A stretch of 64,000 nucleotides of DNA, taken from NCBI GenBank assembly GCA_963717935.1, contig CAVQXP010000004.1, positions 128,001-192,000 on the forward strand. Direction: 5' to 3'. This document shows, piece after piece, positions 52,824 through 62,280 of this stretch. Below the pieces are notes generated by a model, which was not told where the DNA came from, did not search any database, and saw only the letters and a list, made by a program, of their open reading frames with translations. Each line of letters starts with the position of its first letter. Position 1 is the stretch's first letter. The position numbers were made by a program, and so were the translations under genes. Source of the stretch: Candidatus Eiseniibacteriota bacterium (GTDB lineage Bacteria; Eisenbacteria; RBG-16-71-46).

Positions 52824-53729
52824 ATGAGCGCCACGACCGTGCCCCCTGCCCTCGCCGCCGCTGCCGCCGGCCCGCCGCGCAGCCTGTGGTCGGACGCGCG
52901 GCGGCGTCTCGCCCGCAACCGCGCCGCGGTGGCCTCGGCCTGGCTGCTCGTCTTCGTCGTGCTGGCCTGCTTCGCCGCGCCCTGGCTCCCGGGTCTCGCC
53001 GATCCGGCCGCGCAGGACCTGGGGCTCGGCGCCGCACTGCCCTCGGCCACGCACCCGTTCGGCACCGACGAACTGGGGCGCGACCTGCTCGTGCGCGTCC
53101 TCTACGGCGGTCGCATCTCGCTGCTCGTCGGGCTCGTGGGCACGCTCGTCAGCCTGCTCGTGGGCATCAGCTGGGGCGCGGTCGCCGGCTACGCCGGCGG
53201 CAAGCTGGACGAACTCATGATGCGCACCGTGGACGTGCTCTACGCCCTGCCCAACATCTTCCTCGTCATCCTGCTGATGGTCTTCTTCAGCCGCAGCCTG
53301 CTCATGCTCTTCGTCGCGCTGGGGTTGGTGCAATGGCTGACCATGGCGCGGATCGTGCGCGGGCAGGTGCTCACGCTGAAGCACCAGACCTTCGTCGAGG
53401 CAGCGCGGGCGCTGGGGGCGAGCGACCGGAGCATCGTCTTCCGGCACATCGTGCCCAACACGCTGGGCCCGGTGATCGTCTACACCACGCTCACCGTGCC
53501 GGCCGTGATCCTGCAGGAGGCCTTCCTCTCGTTCCTCGGCCTCGGCGTACAGCCACCCGACGCCTCGTGGGGCACGCTCGTCGCCGATGGCGCCCGCGTG
53601 ATGGCGCTCTTCCCCTGGCTCGTGGTCTTCCCCGGGCTGGCGCTCTCGCTCACCCTGCTGGCATTCAACTTCCTCGGCGACGGCCTGCGCGACGCGCTGG
53701 ACCCGCGGGACGGGCGGCAGGGGCGCTGA
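52824..53729 (+). CDS. oppC: Peptide ABC transporter permease
   Basis: HPFGTDELGRD, GGRISL, FVEAARALGA, EAFLSFLGLG, GDGLRDALDP. Confidence 0.94.
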   Translation: MSATTVPPALAAAAAGPPRSLWSDARRRLARNRAAVASAWLLVFVVLACFAAPWLPGLADPAAQDLGLGAALPSATHPFGTDELGRDLLVRVLYGGRISLLVGLVGTLVSLLVGISWGAVAGYAGGKLDELMMRTVDVLYALPNIFLVILLMVFFSRSLLMLFVALGLVQWLTMARIVRGQVLTLKHQTFVEAARALGASDRSIVFRHIVPNTLGPVIVYTTLTVPAVILQEAFLSFLGLGVQPPDASWGTLVADGARVMALFPWLVVFPGLALSLTLLAFNFLGDGLRDALDPRDGRQGR

Positions 53730-53809
53730 GGGGATCCGGGGGGCCCCGACGGGCCCGCGTGCCGCGCCCGGCGGCGGACCCCCGCCCGCGCCGGGCCCTC
53801 TCGGCCCCA

Positions 53810-53862
53810 GGTCCATTCCCTGGTCCATTCGGTGGCCCCAGGGTGGCCAAAAGTAGTATACT
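53810..53862 (+). promoter_or_regulatory. Direct repeat GGTCCATTC x2 (12-nt period) plus -10 TATACT upstream of LuxR gene
   Basis: Copies at 53810-53818 and 53822-53830; TATACT at 53857-53862; no clear -35 element. Confidence 0.4.
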
Positions 53863-53968
53863 GAGGCACCCGAAGCTCCCGGCCCGGAGCGCCTGACCCG
53901 GCACGCAGACCCAGGTGGCAGGACCGGCTTCACTCCGATCGACGCCACCGACCGAAGAGGATCCACGA

Positions 53969-54766
53969 ATGAGTCTCTCCCGCGCGCGCCCGAAACCCCG
54001 GGCCGCCTCCCGCCCCACGACGGCCCGCACCCCCCGCGTTCGCATCGTCGTCGCCGACGGCCATGCCATCGACCGCCACGGGCTCGTGAGCCTGCTGCGC
54101 GGTCAGCCGGACTTCGAGATCGTGGGCGAGGCCGCCAATTCCGGCGAGGCCATCGAGCGCTGCGCCAGTCTGCGGCCCGCGGTGCTGCTGCTGACCCTCA
54201 ACCTGCCGGGCGATTCGGGCGACACGGCGCTGCCCGTGATCCACGCCGCCCTGCCGGGCCTGCGCATCCTCGCGATCTCCGAACGTGGGGTGGCCAACTG
54301 CCTCGTCCTGAATCCGCCCGCGCGCTCGCGCCTGGCCGCGTACTCGCAGGTGCACCGGTGCGACGTGGGCACCGATTGCCTGCAGATGGCGATGGCCCAG
54401 GGCGCGCTCGGCACGGTGCGGCGCAGCGCCGAGCCGGACGCTCTGTTCCGGGCGGTGCGCGCGGTGGCGGCCGGGCAGACGTCCTACGAGCCGCGCACCG
54501 GGATGATGTTCGGCCACGACGGTATCGGCGCCGGGACCGACGGCAACCTCGGGCTCTCGGTGCGCGAGATGGATGTGGCGGTGCTGCTGGCCGAGGGCCA
54601 GTCCAACAAGGAGATCTCCGGCCTGCTCAGGATCAGCGAGCCGACGGTCAAGAAGCACGTCGGCCAGATCCTGAAGAAGTTGAGCGTGCAGGACCGGCTC
54701 CAGGCCGGGCTCTTCGTGGCGCGCCACCCGCTGCTCTTCTCGCGGAACGGCGCCTCGTCCGGCTGA
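53969..54766 (+). CDS. NarL/LuxR-family regulator with atypical receiver domain
   Basis: RIVVADGH..., EIVGEA, LLLTLNLP (Thr at the phospho-Asp position), HTH LSVREMDV..GQSNKEI..TVKKHV. Confidence 0.9.
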   Translation: MSLSRARPKPRAASRPTTARTPRVRIVVADGHAIDRHGLVSLLRGQPDFEIVGEAANSGEAIERCASLRPAVLLLTLNLPGDSGDTALPVIHAALPGLRILAISERGVANCLVLNPPARSRLAAYSQVHRCDVGTDCLQMAMAQGALGTVRRSAEPDALFRAVRAVAAGQTSYEPRTGMMFGHDGIGAGTDGNLGLSVREMDVAVLLAEGQSNKEISGLLRISEPTVKKHVGQILKKLSVQDRLQAGLFVARHPLLFSRNGASSG

Positions 54767-55001
54767 TCCTTCACCGCGACTCCGGAGGGGCCGGCTTCCA
54801 GGCCGGCCCCTTCCATCTCAGGCCGCGGGACTCGGGCTACCACCTTCGGACCGCGTACGGGTCCCTCAGGCCCCTAGCCCGCACGGCTGCGGCGGGCGCA
54901 AGGTCCAGAAGGCAAGTCGGCTGCACGGATCCGCCCATCGCGTCCTCCGTGGGGGAGGTCAGAGATCGGGGTGCCCTTCGTGTCGCGGTCGGCTTGCCCT
55001 T

Positions 55002-56222
55002 CTACTGCCCCCTGGCCTGCTCCCGCGGCGGCATGGCCGCCGCCCGCTCCGCGGGCGACATGGGCCTGGCCGCGCGCACCAGGTCCCGCGCCCAGTCCAC
55101 CGCGCCCCACACGTTCCACAGCAGCACGCCGCGCACGACATCGTCCCGCAGGTAGTAGACGACGCCCTCGCGCAGGGGCTCGCGCCACACCGCCTCGACG
55201 CGCAGCGCGGAGTCCAGATCCCCCACGGCCTCGAAGCCCAGGTCGAACAGGTCCGAGAAGAAGTACGGGATCCCCTCGTAGGTCCGGTCGGCCCCGGCCA
55301 TGTTGGCCCCGGCGCAGCGGCCCTGCTCGCGAGCGTGGTCCCAGTGCTCGGCGCGCAGGCTGCGCTGCAGCGGCACGCAGGGGAAGCGCGTCACGTCGCC
55401 CGCGGCGAAGATGTCGGGGTCCGTGGTGCGCGCGAACTCGTCCACCACGATGCCGTCGTCCACGTCGAGGCCGGCCGCTTCGGCCAGGTCCACCTCGGGC
55501 TCGATGCCGATGCCGACCAGCACCGTCTGGGTGGAGATGACGCTGCCGCCCGCCAGGCGGACCTGGATGAGCCCCTGCGACACCTCGAAACCCACGACCT
55601 TGTCCTCGGAGACCGTCTCGACGCCCTGCTGACGGTAGTGATCCGCCACGAACAGGCCCACGTCGCGCGGTAGCACGCGGAAGAGCGGGTACTCGCGGTC
55701 GTAGAGGAACGTCACCTCCCTGCCCGCGTGCCGCATCGCCGCGGCCAGCTCGGCGCCCACGAACCCGCCGCCCACGACGAGCACGTGCTCGAAGCGGTCG
55801 AGCCGGCGCTCCAGGTAGAGGTAGTCCTCGAGACTGCGGAAGTAGTGCACGCCCTCCACCTCGGCCCCGCGCACCACCAGCCGGCGCGGCTTGCCGCCCG
55901 TGGCGAGCAGCAGGCGCTCGTAGCCGTGCTCGGCCCCGCGTTCGTCCCACACCAGGTGCCGCACGGGGTCCAACTCGACCGCCTCGCGGCGCAACTGCAG
56001 CTCGACGCCGTGCTCGCGGTAGAAGGCGTCCTCGTGGACGGACAGCTCGTCCCTGGTGGACTTGCCGAACCACAGCCCCTTCGACAGCGGCGGCCGGTGG
56101 TAGGGCGCGTAGTTCTCGCGGGCGAGCATCAGGATGCCGCCCTCGCGGTCGTGCTCGCGGATGCCCTCGATGGCCGAGGCACCGGCGAGCCCGCCGCCGA
56201 CGATCACGTACTTGTGCCGCAT
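55002..56222 (-). CDS. FAD-dependent pyridine nucleotide oxidoreductase (ferredoxin reductase-like)
   Basis: IVGGGLAG, PYHRPPLSK, LLATG, GGGFVGAE, FAAGD, EHWDHA, PYFFSD. Confidence 0.92.
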   Translation of the reverse strand: MRHKYVIVGGGLAGASAIEGIREHDREGGILMLARENYAPYHRPPLSKGLWFGKSTRDELSVHEDAFYREHGVELQLRREAVELDPVRHLVWDERGAEHGYERLLLATGGKPRRLVVRGAEVEGVHYFRSLEDYLYLERRLDRFEHVLVVGGGFVGAELAAAMRHAGREVTFLYDREYPLFRVLPRDVGLFVADHYRQQGVETVSEDKVVGFEVSQGLIQVRLAGGSVISTQTVLVGIGIEPEVDLAEAAGLDVDDGIVVDEFARTTDPDIFAAGDVTRFPCVPLQRSLRAEHWDHAREQGRCAGANMAGADRTYEGIPYFFSDLFDLGFEAVGDLDSALRVEAVWREPLREGVVYYLRDDVVRGVLLWNVWGAVDWARDLVRAARPMSPAERAAAMPPREQARGQ

Positions 56223-56226
56223 GGCG

Positions 56227-56988
56227 TCACGCTCCTTGTGGTCCGGTCTCCGGGCTCCCGGGTGCGCGGCGATAGGCGAGATGCGAGAGGTACCCCGCGT
56301 GCAGGTCCATCAGCGCGTGGATGAGCATGCCGGCGAAGAGCGAGCGCGTGATCCAGTAGACCGCGGCGAGAAAGCCCCCCACCGCCGCGGTGAGCAGGAT
56401 GCCGCGCGCGCCCTGATAGGCGTGACCCACGCCGAAGACGAGCGACGAGGCGACCGCCGCCACCAGGAACGACGAGTGGGGCGCGAAGAGCCAGGTCCAG
56501 GCGACCAGGTACCAGATCAGGTAGCCGCGGTAGAGCACCTCCTCGCAGATGCCCGCGGTCCCGGCGAGCGCGAAGAACCACGCCCGCTCGCGCAGCGTGG
56601 TGGGAAGCATGCGCTCGAGGTGCCGCGTGCGCCGGCGCAGGTGCTCGAGCGAGGCGTCGTCCGCCGGCTTGAGATAGCCCTGCCGCAGGAGGACAGCCAC
56701 GAAGATCGCGAGCCCCCCGACGACGCCCAGCAGCCCGCCGCTCAGGCGCGGCACGATGCCCAGCGTGCTCCAGGACCGGTGGGTCGCGAGCCACAGCGCG
56801 GCGACCAGCGCGACGGCCGTCCACTGGAGCGCGATCGCGCGGCGGTAGACGGCGAGCTTCACGCGTGGCAGGTCCGCTTCCGAAGCGCGCTGGAGCGGGC
56901 GGAGCCCGAACACCGCCGCCCGCACCGGGAACACCACGGCAAGGACCAGGAAGAGCAGGTGATCGGGCCAGCCGAGGGGCGAGGGCAT
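56227..56988 (-). CDS. CPBP (Abi/CAAX) family intramembrane metalloprotease
   Basis: AGICEEVLYRG, FGVGHAYQG, HALMD; several TM segments. Confidence 0.9.
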   Translation of the reverse strand: MPSPLGWPDHLLFLVLAVVFPVRAAVFGLRPLQRASEADLPRVKLAVYRRAIALQWTAVALVAALWLATHRSWSTLGIVPRLSGGLLGVVGGLAIFVAVLLRQGYLKPADDASLEHLRRRTRHLERMLPTTLRERAWFFALAGTAGICEEVLYRGYLIWYLVAWTWLFAPHSSFLVAAVASSLVFGVGHAYQGARGILLTAAVGGFLAAVYWITRSLFAGMLIHALMDLHAGYLSHLAYRRAPGSPETGPQGA

Positions 56989-57039
56989 GGGGTTCAGCCC
57001 CGGCGCGGCCACGCGGCCGCCGCCACGCGGGGCACGCGC

Positions 57040-57640
57040 CGCGTTCGCCAGCGCCCGCACCTCGCGGTGGCGGAAACAGGTGACAAGGTGGTCGTTCACC
57101 ATCCCCGCCGCCTGCATCAGGGCGTAGACGATGGTCGAGCCCACGAACTTGAACCCCCGCCGCCGCAGCTCCGCGCTCACCGCGTCCGAGAGCAGCGTGC
57201 GGGCCGGGATCTGCCGGTCAGCTCCGGCGGCGGTTCTGGACCGGGCGGCCCGCCGTGAAACCCCAGATGAAGCGGTCGAAGCTCCCGAACTCCCGCTGTA
57301 CCTCGAGGAAGGCGCGCGCGTTCGTGACGGCCGAGGCGATCTTCTGGCGGTTGCGCACGATGCCCGGGTCGCGCAGCAGTGCCCGCACCTTGCGCGTGTC
57401 GTAACGCGCGACCTTGCGCGGGTCGAAGCGGTCGAAGGCCCGCCTGTAGCCCACGCGCTTCTCCAGGATGGTGCGCCATGAGAGGCCGGCCTGCGCGCCG
57501 TCCAACACCAGCATCTCGAACCAGCGGCGGTCCGAGTGCACCGGCACACCCCACTCGCGGTCGTGATAGGCACGGTAGAGCGGCGTGCTCTCGCACCAGG
57601 GGCAGCGGGCAGGCGGAAGAAGCGGGCGTCTCGTGGTCAT
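57040..57640 (-). CDS. tag: DNA-3-methyladenine glycosylase I, frameshift near 57220; 3' end unclear
   Basis: RCPW, YHDREWGVP, AQAGLSW, IVRNRQKI in one frame; GFKFVGSTIVYALMQAAGMVNDHLVTCFR in another. Confidence 0.88.
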
Positions 57641-57772
57641 GGCGTCTCGCCCGACATCGTGTCACACGGGCAGGACGGGCCGCAACGGCGGCGGGCCGCC
57701 CGCCTCGCTCCGTCACGGACCGCGGAGGGGGCGCCGGACGGGCGAGGCACCCGCCCGGCGCCCGGCGCGGCC

Positions 57773-60022
57773 CTATCGCACGAACAGCATCTCGCGGTAC
57801 TTGGGCAGGGACCAGATCTCGTCGTCCACCAGGTGCTCGAGCCGGTCGGCGGCGGTCCGCGCCTTCGCCATGAGCGGCCGCACCTCGTCGGCGAGACGGC
57901 GCGCTGTCTTCGCCTCGTCGTCCGCGCCGTCCAGTTCGTCCAGCAGCGACTCGAGTCGTCCGGCCACGCCCATCACCTCGGCCAGCACGGCCGACAGATC
58001 CGCGACCCGGGCGGCCAGCGCCCGGGCGCCCGCCTCGGTCGCCCCGCGTTCCGCGTCGGCGAGTTTCGCGGTCGTCGCGGCGTTCAGGCCACCCCACACC
58101 TCGAGCGTCCCGGCGAGTTGCTTCTCCCCCGCCGGGATCACGAGCGTGCGCAGCATCTCGAGCAGCGTCTCCGCCTCGAGCATCACGTGCTTGATGTAGC
58201 GCTCGATCGCGATGTTGTAGCGGCTCGACAGCTCGAGCTCCGTGAACACCGACCGCTCGCGCAGGAACGCCGTCCGCTTCGGGTCGCGCAGCACCTCGAG
58301 CGCCGCCGGCGTGTCCGCCAGGTTGGGCAGGCCGCGCCGCGCCGCCTCGGCCTTCCACTCGTCGCTGTAGTTGTTGCCTCCGAAGCGCACCGGCGCGGTC
58401 TCCTTGAACACCTCGCGCAGCAGCTCGAGCACCGCCTGGTCACGGTCGCCCACGTCGCCCAGCTTCAGCTTCAACCGTCCGCTCAGCTTGCTGATCGAGT
58501 CGGCCACCGCGCCCAGCAGCACCGCCATCGGGCCTGCGCAGTTCATCGAGGAGCCCACCGCGCGGAACTCGAACTTGTTCCCGGTGAACGCGAAGGGCGA
58601 CGTGCGGTTGCGGTCGGTGTAATCCTGTGCGAGCTGTGGCAGCTTGCCCACGCCCATGTCCACGACGAGCTCCGCGGCGTCCTCGCTCGCGCTGCCCTCG
58701 ACGATGCGCTCGATGATGCGCGTCATCAGGTCGCCCACGAACACGCTCAGGATCGCGGGTGGCGCCTCGTTGGCGCCGAGGCGCAGGTCGTTGTTCGCGC
58801 TGGCGATCGTGGCGCGCATCGCGTCGGCGTGATCGTGCACCGCCTTCAGACAGACCGCCATGAAGGCGAGGAAGCGCAGGTTCTGGTGCGGCGTGCGGCC
58901 CGGCTCGAGCAGGTTCTCGCCCCGGTCCGTGACCAGGCTCCAGTTCGAGTGCTTGCCGCTCCCGTTCAGTCCCGCAAAGGGCTTCTCGTGGAACAGGCAG
59001 ACGAAGTGGTGGCGGAGCGCCACCTTCCGCGCCACGTCCATGGCCAGCGCATTGTGGTCGTTCGCGATGTTCGCGTCCTCGAAGATGGGCGCCATCTCGA
59101 ACTGCATCGGCGCCACCTCGTTGTGGCGCGTCTTGACCGGGATGCCGAGCCGGTGCAGCTCGAACTCCATCTCCTCCATGAACGCCAGCGCGCGCGGCGG
59201 GATCGAGCCGAAGTAGTGGTCCTCGAACTGTTGCCCGCGCGGCGAGGCCGCCCCCAGCAGGGTGCGGTCGCAGAGCGCGAGGTCCGGCCGTTGCGCCCAG
59301 TGATCGCGGTCGAGCAGGAAGTACTCCTGCTCGATCCCGAGCGTGGTGCCCACCGAGCGGACGTCCACGTCGCCCAGCAGCTTCAGGAACGCGACCGCCT
59401 GCTTGTCCACCGCCTCGAGCGCGCGCAGGAGCGGCGTCTTATGGTCGAGCGAGTCGCCGTGGTAGGAGATGAACACCGAGGGCACGCACAGCGTGCGCCC
59501 GTTCACGCTCTCCACCAGGAACATGGGCGACGAGGGGTCCCACGCGGTGTAACCGCGCGCCTCGAAGGTGGTGCGCATGCCGCCCGAGGGGAACGACGAG
59601 GCGTCCGGCTCGCTCTGAATCAGCTGCGAGCCCGAGAAGCGCTCGAGCACCTTGAGTTCGCCCGGCATGGTCACGTTGAGGTCGATGAACGAGTCGTGCT
59701 TCTCGGCCGTGAGCCCGGTCATCGGCTGGAACCAGTGCGTGAAGTGCGTGGCGCTGTGCGCGATCGCCCAGTCGCGCGCGACCGTGGCGATGGTGTCGGC
59801 CGCATCGCGCGCGAGCGGCGTGCCGTTGCGCAGGGTCACCAGCAGCGCCTGGTACGCCTCGCGCGGCAGGCGCTCCTTGAGCTTGATGAGGTCGAGGACA
59901 TGGCGCCCGAAGTAGGAACTCACCGGCATGCGGTGGCCGTCGGGCTGGCGGGGTGGATCGAAGGCGCGAGGTTGGCGCTGGTGAACGGCAAGGCGCGACG
60001 CACGGCGCGAGGTCCTGGGCAT
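57773..60022 (-). CDS. glnN: Glutamine synthetase type III
   Basis: THFTHWFQP, TAEKHD, EPDASSFPSGG, GIEQEYFL, HNEVAP, NGSGKH, DRNRTSPFAFTGNKFEFRAVGS; CCAGGAGG RBS. Confidence 0.95.
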   Translation of the reverse strand: MPRTSRRASRLAVHQRQPRAFDPPRQPDGHRMPVSSYFGRHVLDLIKLKERLPREAYQALLVTLRNGTPLARDAADTIATVARDWAIAHSATHFTHWFQPMTGLTAEKHDSFIDLNVTMPGELKVLERFSGSQLIQSEPDASSFPSGGMRTTFEARGYTAWDPSSPMFLVESVNGRTLCVPSVFISYHGDSLDHKTPLLRALEAVDKQAVAFLKLLGDVDVRSVGTTLGIEQEYFLLDRDHWAQRPDLALCDRTLLGAASPRGQQFEDHYFGSIPPRALAFMEEMEFELHRLGIPVKTRHNEVAPMQFEMAPIFEDANIANDHNALAMDVARKVALRHHFVCLFHEKPFAGLNGSGKHSNWSLVTDRGENLLEPGRTPHQNLRFLAFMAVCLKAVHDHADAMRATIASANNDLRLGANEAPPAILSVFVGDLMTRIIERIVEGSASEDAAELVVDMGVGKLPQLAQDYTDRNRTSPFAFTGNKFEFRAVGSSMNCAGPMAVLLGAVADSISKLSGRLKLKLGDVGDRDQAVLELLREVFKETAPVRFGGNNYSDEWKAEAARRGLPNLADTPAALEVLRDPKRTAFLRERSVFTELELSSRYNIAIERYIKHVMLEAETLLEMLRTLVIPAGEKQLAGTLEVWGGLNAATTAKLADAERGATEAGARALAARVADLSAVLAEVMGVAGRLESLLDELDGADDEAKTARRLADEVRPLMAKARTAADRLEHLVDDEIWSLPKYREMLFVR

Positions 60023-60132
60023 GACCTGTCCTCCTGGCTCTGACCGCGACAAGCCGGAGGGCCTGGCGCGATCGTCTCGGGACGTGGACCTCGCCGCGAG
60101 CCACGCCCGCGGGAAGCCCGATGGACGAGAAG

Positions 60133-60142
60133 AGTATAGCAC
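60133..60142 (-). promoter_or_regulatory. Extended -10 promoter (TGCTATACT) for GSIII
   Basis: TG-n-TATACT on the minus strand ~110 nt upstream of the start codon. Confidence 0.5.
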
Positions 60143-60185
60143 GGTTGTCGGCACCCGGAGCGGGAGACTTGCCAGGAAATGATGA

Positions 60186-60220
60186 GCGGCCGCGCCCCCC
60201 CGGGGGGACGCGGCCGCGCT
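60186..60220 (-). terminator. GC hairpin downstream of the peptidase gene
   Basis: gcggccgcg-ccccccc-gggggg-a-cgcggccgc inverted repeat. Confidence 0.45.
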
Positions 60221-60240
60221 GTCCTGCCGTGCGAGCCGGT

Positions 60241-61908
60241 CTACTTCTTCCCCGCCGCCCCGGCGTTCAGCACTTCCATCCCCTGCTTGAAGACGATGTC
60301 CGTGGGAATGTCCGCCGAGGCGAGGCCGTCGAGGTCCCGCTTGAGCTGCGGGTCCATCTGGTCGGCCTTCGGCAGGAACGCCTCGACGCCCGCGTAGTCC
60401 CCGTCGCCCTGCAGCGTCAGCACCTTCGTCGAGAACGCGTCGATCGCGGCCCGCATCTTCGGGAGGTCCACGCGGTAGGTGCCGGTCGTCGAGTCACGCG
60501 AGAACGCGCCCTGTTCCTTGAAGAAGGTGAACTCGGCGAGGTTCGCGCGACCGTGGGCACTCGCGGCGCCGAAGCGGACCGAGCGGAAGAGCCCCGCCAG
60601 GTAGGTCACGTAGTTGTCCATCAGGTCGGCCTCTCCCAGCTCGCCCATCTCCTCGAGCTTCGTGATCATGAAGAGGCTCAGCACGTCGGCCTTGCCCTCC
60701 TCGAGAGAACCGCCCAGGTCCTTCAGCGCGTCGCGCACGGTGCCCTTGCCGTCGAGCGTGTTCTTGATGCCGAGCCCGTGGGACACCTCGTGGAACATCA
60801 CGTTGGCGAAGAAGGCGTCGAACTGGATGTGCCGCTTCTGGTCCTGGGCGATGAGCCGGTCGGCGATGGGCGTGAGGATCCTGTCGAACTTGGCGCGCAT
60901 GGCGTTCTTGAGCTGCAGGCGCCGGGCGCCCTTCGCGAGCTGGACCGTCTCGTCGTTCGGCAGGTTGATGGCGATGGTCTTCGAGCCGGCGTTGGCGTCG
61001 CCCGCGTAGTAGACGGCGTCGTAGGCACCGAGGTCCGAGCCGCTCCCGGGCGACTCCTTCTTGTACCGGGCCGGCACCGGCAGCTGCATCTGCAGGGCGG
61101 GCAGGAGCTTCACGTAACGCGCAAGCTTCGCGCTCCACTCCTTGTCCTTGATGAGCACGAAACCCTCGTGCGTGCTCTTGTAGCCGAACATCTGGTCTTC
61201 GTAGTTCTCGATCGGGCCGATGACGACGTCGATCCCGTTCGTCTTCATGTCCATCCAGGCCATGTCGCTCGGACGATAGTCGTCGGTGAGCAGCGCCTTC
61301 GCACGCAACTCGAGGTAGTTGCGCAGTCCCGCGTCCTCGGCCAGGGCGGCCGCCTCGTGCAGGCGGGCGACGGCCCGCTCCACCTGCGGCTGGAACGCCT
61401 CCCGATAGGGCACCGCCACGAGCTGGCCCTGGGCGTCCCGGCGCACGATCGTGTACTGGCCCTTGAGGGCGACGGCCCGCTCCGCGGACGCGGCGACGGC
61501 CTGCTCGAACTCCTCCTTCGTCATGTCCGCGGGATAGAAGCCCGCGCCGGCGGGCTTCGCCCCGACCCCGGGCAGGAAGGGCTCGTTCCCCTTGAGCCGG
61601 TCCCAGGGCCCGTAGTTGATCTCGGCGAAGCGGCGCAGCTCGGGGTCGGTGATGTCCGCGAGGAACTTCGCCTTGTCGCCGTACGCCTCCAGCCAGAAGA
61701 TCTCGTCCATCGCCTGGCAGGCGTCGATCAGGAGCGGGATCATCTTCCGCTCCTTCTCGGTGAGCGCGCCAAGGTCGGCGGTCAGCGTGACTTCCGTGTA
61801 CTTCGTGAGGTTCGCGGAGGTCTCGCCGCCCTGCTTCGCCTTGGGGGCGCACGCGGGCAGGACGAGCATCGCCGCCGCGACCAGACCGAGCCAGGATGCG
61901 CTTCTCAT
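60241..61908 (-). CDS. Zn-dependent peptidase lipoprotein (M49/dipeptidyl peptidase III-like)
   Basis: Lipobox LPAC, INYGPWDRL, IGPIENYED, TIAINLPNDE, FHEVSHGLG, LEEGKAD. Confidence 0.88.
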   Translation of the reverse strand: MRSASWLGLVAAAMLVLPACAPKAKQGGETSANLTKYTEVTLTADLGALTEKERKMIPLLIDACQAMDEIFWLEAYGDKAKFLADITDPELRRFAEINYGPWDRLKGNEPFLPGVGAKPAGAGFYPADMTKEEFEQAVAASAERAVALKGQYTIVRRDAQGQLVAVPYREAFQPQVERAVARLHEAAALAEDAGLRNYLELRAKALLTDDYRPSDMAWMDMKTNGIDVVIGPIENYEDQMFGYKSTHEGFVLIKDKEWSAKLARYVKLLPALQMQLPVPARYKKESPGSGSDLGAYDAVYYAGDANAGSKTIAINLPNDETVQLAKGARRLQLKNAMRAKFDRILTPIADRLIAQDQKRHIQFDAFFANVMFHEVSHGLGIKNTLDGKGTVRDALKDLGGSLEEGKADVLSLFMITKLEEMGELGEADLMDNYVTYLAGLFRSVRFGAASAHGRANLAEFTFFKEQGAFSRDSTTGTYRVDLPKMRAAIDAFSTKVLTLQGDGDYAGVEAFLPKADQMDPQLKRDLDGLASADIPTDIVFKQGMEVLNAGAAGKK

Positions 61909-62280
61909 CGGGACTCCTCTCAGAGGGTCTGCGGAATCATTCTCGGAGCCGGCACGCGCGCTTGACAGCCACGTGGGCGTCCGACGGACGAGCCTGAGAC
62001 TAAGTCGGGAGACCCCTGGCGGCAAAGGCGCGGGGCCCTCCGCGGGGGGAGCGCCCACGAGCGGCCGCTCCCCCCGCGGAGTGTCCCGGCCTCGTCGCGC
62101 CCGCCCGGCGCGCCGCAGGAGCCTTCCGTCGCGGAAAACCGCGCACTCGTCGGTGGACGCACCACACCGCCCACATTCCCGGGGAGACTGCCCGGGAGCC
62201 TGGAGGCGGGCCCCTGGTTCCCGGAAACCGCGCAGGGGCGTCCCGCCCGCGATCGTCCAGAGGGTCGACTTGGAGGGAAC

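Noticed and set aside
51903..52827. OppA extended over oppB
   Set aside because: The extension is Arg/Ala-rich nonsense overlapping a clear oppB in another frame.
57215..57222. Selenocysteine or programmed recoding at the TGA in tag
   Set aside because: The downstream coding sequence is in a different frame and no slippery or SECIS-like signal is evident; a plain indel is simpler.
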